Below are positions 57,575 through 64,000 of a stretch of DNA of 64,000 nucleotides, one piece after another. Source of the DNA: Patescibacteria group bacterium (GTDB lineage Bacteria > Patescibacteriota > Microgenomatia > UBA1400 > PJMF01); the NCBI GenBank assembly GCA_039934415.1, contig JBDTME010000003.1, positions 11,821 through 75,820 of the forward strand. Direction: 5' to 3'. The position numbers and the translations under genes were made by a program. The notes beneath the pieces were generated by a model. The model did not search any database. It was not told where the DNA came from and saw only the letters and a program-made list of their open reading frames with translations. How positions within the stretch are numbered: position 1 is the stretch's first letter; each line of letters opens with the position of its first letter.

Positions 57575-58345
57575 TTAAGCTTGTTTCTTTGGCACCATGA
57601 CTCTGACACTTGGACTCATACTTGCACAGATGTACAGTTTGACGGCTTTGGTATCAAAAGCGGTGAGTAAAGCTTGGATATTCTCAGCGAGCTCTTTTTC
57701 GGTCATGGACAGTTTTCCCACAACGGTATGAACCAATGGAGCTTTTTTCTCGGTTTTAAGTGTGACTGCACCTGCTTCGAGTTCTTTTTTGCGTTTTTCA
57801 GGGTTCGGTGTAATGGTGCCACTTTTAGGATTTGGCATCAGGCCTTTTGGTCCGAGAACGCGAGCGTACTTGGTCAAGTTCTTCATGTCTTCTGGTCGTG
57901 AGATCAAGATATCAAAATCTAAAATGCCTTTGGCAATCTTTTCTAACAGTTCTTCAGTCACGATTTCCGCTCTGACTGATTTTCCAGTGGAGTGAGGAAA
58001 AGTGAGAGTAGCGTTGACGCCTGCTTCTTTGAGCTCAAGATGTGCTTCCACGGTTCCGACGAACTTGGACAGTGACATTTTCTTGAGGAGTTCCACGGCT
58101 TCCGTCACTGAGTACTCTTTGGTCTTATCGACTAATGAACGTTTTTCTTGGTATTTCTTACCTCGAACGCGTGATTTTTTCTTGGCTTTTTTAGCTTCAG
58201 CTGGCGCTGAGCCATCTTCAGTAGAGATTTCTTCTTTTGAGTCACCTTTGGCTGCTTTTTGATCAGCTGCTCTCAAAGCATCGAGCTCTTTGAACATGTC
58301 ATCTGGATTTATTCGTGGTTTTCGTTCGGTTGTTTTTTTTGCCAT
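57575..58345 (-). CDS. rplA: 50S ribosomal protein L1 with an about 60-aa Lys-rich N-terminal extension
   Basis: Core: ...YSVTEAVELLKKMSLSKFVGTVEAHLELK...VLGPKGLMPNPKSGTITPN...VHTVVGKLSMTEKELAENIQALL, collinear with L1. The extension is MAKKTTERKPRINPDD...KKAKKKSRVRGKK. Confidence 0.9.
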   Translation of the reverse strand: MAKKTTERKPRINPDDMFKELDALRAADQKAAKGDSKEEISTEDGSAPAEAKKAKKKSRVRGKKYQEKRSLVDKTKEYSVTEAVELLKKMSLSKFVGTVEAHLELKEAGVNATLTFPHSTGKSVRAEIVTEELLEKIAKGILDFDILISRPEDMKNLTKYARVLGPKGLMPNPKSGTITPNPEKRKKELEAGAVTLKTEKKAPLVHTVVGKLSMTEKELAENIQALLTAFDTKAVKLYICASMSPSVRVMVPKKQA

Positions 58346-58380
58346 ATGTTTTTCGAAGTATTATTCAATTATTGAACATT

Positions 58381-58803
58381 TCATGCGATCTCGACTCCCA
58401 TACTTCGAGCTGAGCCCATGACTGAGCGCTTGGCAGCTTCGAAATCTTTAGTATTTAAATCAGGGAGTTTTTGGGTAGCAATTTCTTCAACTTGTTGCAT
58501 CGTCAATTTTCCGACGACCTTTTTGCCAGCTTCGGCGGAACCTTCCTTGAGTTTCAAGGCCTGTTTGATCATGGCAGAAACTGGAGGCAGTTTTAAAATG
58601 AAAACGTATGAACGATCTTCGTAAATGGTGATCTCAGCAGGGATAATTTGTCCACGCTGATCTTTAGTTTTGTCGTTGTACTCCTTGATAAACTGCATCA
58701 TGTTGATACCAGTTTGACCGAGGATAGGACCGACTGGAGGTGCAGGAGTAGCGGTTCCAGCAGGCAGATTTAACTTGAGAATTGTTTTGACTTTTTTTGC
58801 CAT
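58381..58803 (-). CDS. rplK: 50S ribosomal protein L11
   Basis: MAKKVKTILKLNLPAGTATPAPPVGPILGQTGINMMQFIKEYN..., 140 aa. Confidence 0.95.
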   Translation of the reverse strand: MAKKVKTILKLNLPAGTATPAPPVGPILGQTGINMMQFIKEYNDKTKDQRGQIIPAEITIYEDRSYVFILKLPPVSAMIKQALKLKEGSAEAGKKVVGKLTMQQVEEIATQKLPDLNTKDFEAAKRSVMGSARSMGVEIA

Positions 58804-59014
58804 ACATTGAGCTGAACTGAATCAGTGTTGATAGTTGAAAACAACTTGTGGCGAAAAAGACTTGAGGAAAACTACTTTCAGAAGTAAAGTAGTTAAGATA
58901 AAGAAGTCAGGTTTCGCAACGAATTGCTCCCTCTTTTTTTAGACTCTTGAGGTGAAGAGAAGCGTTAGTATACAAAAGAAAAGGCACAAAAGCAAGTAAT
59001 TGTAGCTACGGCCT

Positions 59015-59239
59015 TCATTTAGGAGTCTGGGTTGTGGCCAAAATGAGTTGGTATCCCACATAAAGTAGTGCGCACAGACTTAGATAGAAAAAAGCAAAGG
59101 ACACTCCATTTGAGTTGTCATTGAAATTGTCTGAGAAAAACCAAAGTCCCACGAAAAATGTGATGACACCTATAATGACCGCTGTTTGTAAAGCGGTCAG
59201 GTTTTGGAAAAAGACTTGAATTAAGATAAAAGTGTCCAT
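59015..59239 (-). CDS. Small two-TM hypothetical membrane protein inserted between nusG and rplK
   Basis: 74-aa ORF with two hydrophobic helices, inside an unusually long (627 nt) nusG-rplK spacer. Coding status is unproven. Confidence 0.3.
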   Translation of the reverse strand: MDTFILIQVFFQNLTALQTAVIIGVITFFVGLWFFSDNFNDNSNGVSFAFFYLSLCALLYVGYQLILATTQTPK

Positions 59240-59430
59240 AGAATAATCCTACCGTTGCTGTAATCGAAAAACAAGAACTATATTTCCTCTAAATTCTATT
59301 TAAACGAGAAGTGGGGGTGAAGAAAATTTTTGATTGAAGAGTCTAAGGAGTTGTTCGACTCGGTCAGGCTCCTGACAATCGCTTGATCGTCGCGAACTAA
59401 AAATTTCGATTTAAGAGTCTATCGAAATTT

Positions 59431-60060
59431 TTATACTTTTTCGACTTGTAAGAAATCGAGTTCGACTGGGGTTTCTCGACCAAAGATCGAAACCAACACA
59501 GTGACTTTACCTTTTTCTTCATCAATACCATTGACTGTACCCAAGAAGTCGGTGAATGGACCATCCACGATCTTGACTGCTTGATCGATGCTAAAGTCAG
59601 CTTTGTACTGAGGTGCACCTTGAGTCATGTATTTTTGAATCGATTTCACTTCATGTTGAGGGAGAGGAGTTGGTTTACTACCAATTCCAACGAAACCCGT
59701 GACGCCTTGAGTTGTACGAACGGCTAACCAAGATGAGTCAGTCAAAATGATTTTAACGAGCATGTAGCCTGGAAAGATCTTTTCCTTGATTGTTTTGCGT
59801 TGACCACGTTTAATTTGAATTTTTTCTTGAGTAGGAACTAAAATTTCTAAAATCTGATCAGTCAGATGGAGTGTTTGAGCACGTTGCTTGAGCGTTTCAG
59901 CCACTTTGTTCTCATGACCTGAGTAGGTGTGAACGATGTACCAGCGAGCTTTTGAGTTCTCGGATTGAGCGATCACGATGTGATTCGCAGTCGATGAGAT
60001 AACCTCTTGGTTCTCTGGAGGTGTTATCTGGTCTGTTGTATCTGGCTGAATATCATTCAT
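59431..60060 (-). CDS. nusG: Transcription termination/antitermination factor NusG with an about 38-aa N-terminal extension
   Basis: NGN domain RWYIVHTYSGHENKVAETLKQR; KOW motif VKIVDGPFTDFLGTVNGIDEEKGKVTVLVSIFGRETPVELDFLQVEKV. A palindrome AAATTTCGAT..ATCGAAATTT lies immediately after the stop. Confidence 0.9.
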   Translation of the reverse strand: MNDIQPDTTDQITPPENQEVISSTANHIVIAQSENSKARWYIVHTYSGHENKVAETLKQRAQTLHLTDQILEILVPTQEKIQIKRGQRKTIKEKIFPGYMLVKIILTDSSWLAVRTTQGVTGFVGIGSKPTPLPQHEVKSIQKYMTQGAPQYKADFSIDQAVKIVDGPFTDFLGTVNGIDEEKGKVTVLVSIFGRETPVELDFLQVEKV

Positions 60061-60069
60061 AGCATCCTT

Positions 60070-60258
60070 CTACTTGATGATCAATTGACTGAGTTTAGTA
60101 AAGACGAAATCGAGCGCTCCGATATAAAGACCGACTGCAACGCTTGATGCAATGACCAATCCTGTTTTTTGGAGGGTCTGCTTCTGAGTTGGCCAGGTTA
60201 CTTTGGCGAGCTCTTCCCGAACTTCTTTGGTGTATTTGATTGGATTAAACATGACCAC
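60070..60258 (-). CDS. secE: Preprotein translocase subunit SecE
   Basis: 62 aa, single C-terminal TM helix; KEVREELAKVTWPTQKQTLQKTGLVIASSVAVGLYIGALDFVF matches the SecE signature. Canonical position upstream of nusG. Confidence 0.85.
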   Translation of the reverse strand: MVMFNPIKYTKEVREELAKVTWPTQKQTLQKTGLVIASSVAVGLYIGALDFVFTKLSQLIIK

Positions 60259-60385
60259 GATTTCAATTTCTAATTTCTTTATTTTAAAAAATGTACAAGC
60301 CGTCCAATTATCACAAAATCAACTCAGGTTCGATAGTATAACATATCGAGGAGACTTGAAGGAAGAGCGAGAAAGTCTCTGAACT

Positions 60386-61921
60386 CTACCCATTTCCGCC
60401 GGAAGTTTTTTCTCGCAAACCATCAGAGTATGGGGAAGTGGTTGTGCCGCCAGTGCCAGTCATTGGGGTAGGAGGTAAGTCGTCATCATCGTGTTTCTTC
60501 CTGAGGAACAATGGTAAAAGCCAGAGTAAGAAGAAGACGACGCTGATTGCAACAGCAACGAGCAGGAGCCCTTTGAGCCAACTTTGAATTGTTTGTATCA
60601 TCGTAAACTCATCAGACTGTGGCTCTGGAGTCACTTCTGGGATTGGCTGAAAAGTCGGGGAAGGAGTATGCGTTGGTAATGGGTTTGGGTCAACGAAGAC
60701 TTGACTAAACGCTGTATTATCACCACCTTTAGGCAATTCAGTAGGCAGTGGTGTTGATGTGACGATTACTGTGTTTGTTTTGGTGACGACGGTTGTATTA
60801 TTCGCGACCGCGACGGGCGCAGCACAGTATTGATCAGTAGCATTGCGTGGGTTGCGGCAGCGATTGTAGTAGCAAGTGAGTCCGGTTTGACATTCACGGT
60901 TGTCGGCACAATAGTCATTGCAGACTCTGTGGATGCCATTATCTGGAGGATTGTTACAAGAAGTATCAGTTGGGTTATTTGCTAGCCGACAGACTCCTGA
61001 GTAGCAGAGCAAGTTCACAGCACAGTCTGAATGATTCGTACAAGATTCGCCACAGTACTTCGCAGTAACACCACCCACGCCAGCGTCATAGGGTGTGCTG
61101 GTGGCAAGTGGAGTATTGGTTGGGGTAAGAGTTGGTGTAGCAGTTGACGTTGTATTCGCAACGCAACTACATTGTTGGCAAATCGCAGTACCTGTTTGAT
61201 TCACACAATTGATATGTTCGTTTGCTTGACATAAGGGAGCAGTGGGCATGGCGCAGATTGTTGGAGCAGGAGTCAAAGTGTTGGTTGGTGTGCCACTTTC
61301 CGCGAGGATAGCGTTAAAGGTTTGACTTCCAATGGTAGTGAGACTGTCCAAATTCAAAGTGTCTTCTGGAGGAACTGTGTTTGTGATATTAGACAGGGAA
61401 CTTGTAGTATCAAAAGCAAGTTTAATCAGAGCAGAGTCAACAACCGTGAACTTGACGCGTGCGAAGTCGACCGGAGTGTTAGAAGAAAAAGGTGTACTAA
61501 TGGAAGGACCGGTTGCTGCAAACGAAACGGTCGTGCTCCCATCGTTATTTGTCGTAATATTAGGAGTGCCAAAGATGATAACTCCAGAGTTTGGTACCGC
61601 TTCGACTGACACAAACGTAACTGGTTGAATATTTGCGTCACCGAATATATTGAAAGTCAGTTGGATCCCGTCAACGTTTACTCCGTTTGTATTTGCACTG
61701 AGAATAATTTGGCCACTGCTTCCGTTTGCAACGAATGGACTGGGAGATTGTCGAGCGGTGATCGCAACTTGACCGTTAGAAACTGAAGCTTTTTGTCTAT
61801 TTTCTTGTTCGATCTGGCTAAGTTGAACTGCAACAAAGGTTCCGACTAACAATAGTACAAGCACAGCGCCAATCAAAAGGAGTTGTACATTATCACGTAT
61901 AGGCTTGGGAAGTTTTTGCAC
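60386..61921 (-). CDS. Membrane-anchored (N- and C-terminal TM) secreted protein with a beta-rich domain and two Cys-rich knottin-like repeats
   Basis: N-terminal TM helix LLLIGAVLVLLLVGTFVAV; Cys-rich repeats YCGESCTNHSDCAVNLLCYSGVCRLANNP and VCNDYCADNRECQTGLTCYYNRCRNPRN; PT linker; C-terminal TM helix followed by KKHDDDD. Confidence 0.7.
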   Translation of the reverse strand: MQKLPKPIRDNVQLLLIGAVLVLLLVGTFVAVQLSQIEQENRQKASVSNGQVAITARQSPSPFVANGSSGQIILSANTNGVNVDGIQLTFNIFGDANIQPVTFVSVEAVPNSGVIIFGTPNITTNNDGSTTVSFAATGPSISTPFSSNTPVDFARVKFTVVDSALIKLAFDTTSSLSNITNTVPPEDTLNLDSLTTIGSQTFNAILAESGTPTNTLTPAPTICAMPTAPLCQANEHINCVNQTGTAICQQCSCVANTTSTATPTLTPTNTPLATSTPYDAGVGGVTAKYCGESCTNHSDCAVNLLCYSGVCRLANNPTDTSCNNPPDNGIHRVCNDYCADNRECQTGLTCYYNRCRNPRNATDQYCAAPVAVANNTTVVTKTNTVIVTSTPLPTELPKGGDNTAFSQVFVDPNPLPTHTPSPTFQPIPEVTPEPQSDEFTMIQTIQSWLKGLLLVAVAISVVFFLLWLLPLFLRKKHDDDDLPPTPMTGTGGTTTSPYSDGLREKTSGGNG

Positions 61922-62033
61922 AGTTTAGCCATTATGAGCAATAAAGAAAGGGCATGCAAGAGCTAGGCGCAATTTGTTAAAATGCAAAGGGTCTAGTATA
62001 GTAACGTCGTTAGATTCAATTGAGGAGTTAACC

Positions 62034-62921
62034 ATGTCTACAGACATCGCTGCTAAAAAAGTACGAAAAGCCATAATTACTGACGCTGGTTTTGCTAGTC
62101 GCTATCTGCCAATTACCAAAACTGTCCCCAAAGCGATGCTGCCACTCGGCAACCGCCCGATCATGCAGTTCATTGTGGAAGAGTGTGCCGAAGCTGGTAT
62201 TGAAGAGATCATTATTGTGTGTACTCCAGAAGGCAAACCGATTTACGAAGATTACTTTAATAATAGTGTCAATCGCATTCGTAAACAGCTTCAAGTTCAG
62301 GGAAAAGAGGACCGTTATGAACCAGTTCAGCATGTTTTAGATTTTCCTAAAATTGTCGTGATTACTCAAGATCCTAGTTTGCCATATGGCAATGGTTCTC
62401 CAGTCGCGTCTGCTCGAGATTATGTAGAAGGTGAAGAAGCATTTTTGGTGCTCTACAGTGATGATGTCGTATTTGGTAAACCAGGCGATGCCAAGACAAT
62501 GATTGAAGTCTATGAAAAAGATCCAAGAGTGGAAGGTATCATCATGGCCCAAGAGGTAGATCCAGGAGTCGTGGATAAATACGGTATCATTAGTTTTGTG
62601 CCTGGTACCGAAAACAGACTAGATAACATTGTCGAGAAACCAGAAATTGGTAAAGCACCTTCTCATTTAGCGTCGTATGGTCGCTATTTACTCAAACCAT
62701 CAATTTTCGAATTTCTGACGCCCACGAATTTAGGGAAGGATGCCGAGTTATGGACCGTTGATGCCATCACTCAAATCGCTCGAACCAAGCCAGTCTTAGT
62801 AGAAAAAACCAAAGCCATGTGGATGACCACCGGTGATCCAGAAAACTACTTCATGGCACATCTCAAGTTTGTACTCGAGAATGAAAAATACGGCAAAAAA
62901 ATCAAAGAGCTGATGAAATAG
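62034..62921 (+). CDS. galU: UTP--glucose-1-phosphate uridylyltransferase
   Basis: KKVRKAIITDAGFASRYLPITKTVPKAMLPLGNRPIMQFIVEECAEAGIEEIII is collinear with the GalU N-terminus. Start placed at the ATG at 62034, which has a GGAG Shine-Dalgarno sequence. The ORF-track start at 61974 is a TTG. Confidence 0.85.
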   Translation: MSTDIAAKKVRKAIITDAGFASRYLPITKTVPKAMLPLGNRPIMQFIVEECAEAGIEEIIIVCTPEGKPIYEDYFNNSVNRIRKQLQVQGKEDRYEPVQHVLDFPKIVVITQDPSLPYGNGSPVASARDYVEGEEAFLVLYSDDVVFGKPGDAKTMIEVYEKDPRVEGIIMAQEVDPGVVDKYGIISFVPGTENRLDNIVEKPEIGKAPSHLASYGRYLLKPSIFEFLTPTNLGKDAELWTVDAITQIARTKPVLVEKTKAMWMTTGDPENYFMAHLKFVLENEKYGKKIKELMK

Positions 62922-63146
62922 TTGGTTTTTTTCTGACGCTTGTCTTCAGTTTTCTTTCAGAAATCTTGTGTTAAACTTATTCTTATCTGACAGACATTGA
63001 GAAAAGTGATCAGGGGATTTTTCCTCGATACATTTTCTCTCAGGGAGGATTTTGTTCTAAGCGCCTGCGGGTGTTTAGACATGCCACCCACCTGAATTTC
63101 AGGGGGAGATGCCTGGTTAACGACTCGTGTCTGTTGGATGTCAAAG

Positions 63147-63172
63147 TACCCCGCCGTTGGCGGGGTTTTTTG
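63147..63172 (+). terminator. Rho-independent terminator, 225 nt downstream of galU
   Basis: CCCCGCC-gtt-GGCGGGG followed by TTTTTTG. Confidence 0.7.
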
Positions 63173-63249
63173 TTAATATTAGGATAGTGTTTGATACTTG
63201 AGAAGCAATTGCTTAAACGACAACAGATCTGACATACATTTTTAAATCT

Positions 63250-63328
63250 CACTGTAAAACTGGCCTAATTTTAGCCTAAATCTTAGTCCTAACTTAGGCT
63301 ATTCTTAGTACTTTTTAACAGTGAGCGT
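63250..63328. repeat. Copy B of the about 80-nt structured noncoding element (CTCACTGT...ACAGTGAG outer stem, internal TAGCCTAA / TTAGGCTA pairs)
   Basis: Shares both terminal arms and internal palindromic words with 56097-56178, at roughly 70% identity by hand alignment. Confidence 0.5.
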
Positions 63329-63447
63329 GAAGTAGAGAGGTGATTTTTATGTTTATTTGGCAATGAGAGGGGAGGATGGTAGAATTCAAGCTTGGTGGAG
63401 CGGTGGATCAGTAGCCGAAAGCTTAACCAATAGAAATTTGATTTTTT

Positions 63448-63520
63448 TGCCCTTGTAGCTCACTTGGTAGAGCGCATTCTTGGTAAGAATGAGGTATCGG
63501 GTTCGAATCCCGACGAGGGC
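63448..63520 (+). tRNA. tRNA-Thr (anticodon GGT)
   Basis: Acceptor GCCCTTG/CGAGGGC with one G-U pair; D arm GCTC-ACTTGGTA-GAGC; anticodon stem CATTC/GAATG with loop TTGGTAA; T arm TCGGG-TTCGAAT-CCCGA; 73 nt; no encoded CCA. Confidence 0.85.
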
Positions 63521-63843
63521 TCAGTTATTTTAATCTTTTCCTCAAACCATTTTTTGATTAAGTTCAGTGTATTTCGATTGAGAGTCAGAAAATTAGTTCG
63601 GCTTATTTTCTGACGACTAATAATCTTACTTTCTTCTAGAATTTTTACGTGTTTGTGTAAGGCTGGTAAGGAAAGTTCGAGTAGTTCAGCAAGTCCAGTT
63701 ATAGAGTAGGCTTGGAAGCTCAATAAGTAGATGATATCTTGTCGATGCTGACTGGCGAGCGCCGCAAACACTTTTTCCAACTTTGAGTCGACTATTTTTT
63801 CTTTTTTTGGGATAAAACGTTTTTTTGTATACCTTTTCTTCAT
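63460..63843 (-). CDS. ArsR/SmtB-family winged-HTH transcriptional regulator
   Basis: FAALASQHRQDIIYLLSFQAYSITGLAELLELSLPALHKHVKILEESKIISRQKISRTNFLTLN is an ArsR-type HTH. The last about 20 codons overlap tRNA-Thr on the opposite strand, so the real C-terminus or the frame may differ. Confidence 0.65.
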   Translation of the reverse strand: MKKRYTKKRFIPKKEKIVDSKLEKVFAALASQHRQDIIYLLSFQAYSITGLAELLELSLPALHKHVKILEESKIISRQKISRTNFLTLNRNTLNLIKKWFEEKIKITEPSSGFEPDTSFLPRMRSTK

Positions 63844-63847
63844 CGAG

Positions 63848-63871
63848 ATACTTAACTTATAAGTTAAGTAT
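63848..63871. promoter_or_regulatory. Perfect 24-bp palindrome (ATACTTAACTTA|TAAGTTAAGTAT) 5 nt upstream of the ArsR-family gene; putative autoregulatory operator
   Basis: Read directly from the sequence. ArsR/SmtB repressors typically bind 12-2-12-like inverted repeats overlapping their own promoter. A second inverted repeat, TAGTTAACT-aaaa-AGTTAACTA, sharing the AGTTAA core, lies at 63973-63994. Confidence 0.5.
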
Positions 63872-64000
63872 TAATTTATACCTAAACCCATCAATTTAAC
63901 AGCTTATTTATAGAGTAGATCTGGAAATTTAACTCATAATTCAACAAAAATCAATCACAATCCATCCAAAATAGTTAACTAAAAAGTTAACTATTTTAAA

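Noticed and set aside
60391-60420. Hairpin TTCCGCCGGAA followed by GTTTTTTCT on the plus strand, a candidate terminator
   Set aside because: No plus-strand gene ends nearby. On the minus strand, where the Cys-rich gene ends, the hairpin is followed by no T-run. Therefore not called.
63040-63252. 70-aa minus-strand ORF (Arg-rich) downstream of galU
   Set aside because: It overlaps the plus-strand intrinsic terminator and the structured region. Arg-rich low complexity, no start context.
63380-63447. Possible additional tRNA just upstream of tRNA-Thr (GGTGGAGCGGTGGATCAGTAGCC...)
   Set aside because: No acceptable cloverleaf. There is no complementary acceptor stem or anticodon arm. It contains AAGCTT...AAGCTT palindromes instead.

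Overview
This 64-kb window comes from a low-GC (about 40%), gene-dense bacterial genome. The content looks Gram-positive-like or candidate-phyla-radiation-like. It combines housekeeping genes with a large cell-envelope repertoire.

Housekeeping genes present: the secE-nusG-rplK-rplA-rplJ-rplL operon, leuS, ndk, galU, a divergent mreB, a TagA/WecB-family glycosyltransferase, an M16 peptidase, tRNA-Arg(CCT) and tRNA-Thr(GGT).

Cell-envelope and surface genes dominate the rest:
- A 3084-aa giant surface protein carries four ~910-nt tandem repeats and an N-terminal cytoplasmic domain resembling the XerD/integrase SAM-like fold. It is followed on the same strand by a 1358-aa multi-LamG (concanavalin-like lectin) protein and an O-antigen-ligase/TPR membrane protein.
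- A right-handed beta-helix protein ends in dockerin repeats.
- A two-gene surface module is duplicated in tandem. Each copy pairs a secreted beta-rich protein carrying a conserved C-terminal domain with a DUF916/DUF3324-like C-terminally anchored protein. A Big_6/CarboxypepD_reg membrane protein sits beside them. The layout resembles Firmicutes Csc/WxL clusters but the WxL motif is absent.
- Other envelope genes are a sortase, a 1358-aa polytopic membrane protein, a GT2 glycosyltransferase, comEA plus a short comEC, and a PEGA/TolB-like protein.

Accessory-looking content:
- A HepT/MntA toxin-antitoxin pair lies next to a soluble VirD4/TraG-like P-loop ATPase near tRNA-Arg.
- A free-standing protein has two LAGLIDADG motifs.
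- Two GC-rich (about 52-55%) secreted-protein genes stand out from their surroundings.
- An ArsR regulator has a perfect 24-bp palindromic operator.
- A structured noncoding element of about 80 nt is present in two copies.
- A 1.1-kb stretch has no ORFs.

All calls come from reading the sequence and the translated ORFs. No database search was possible.
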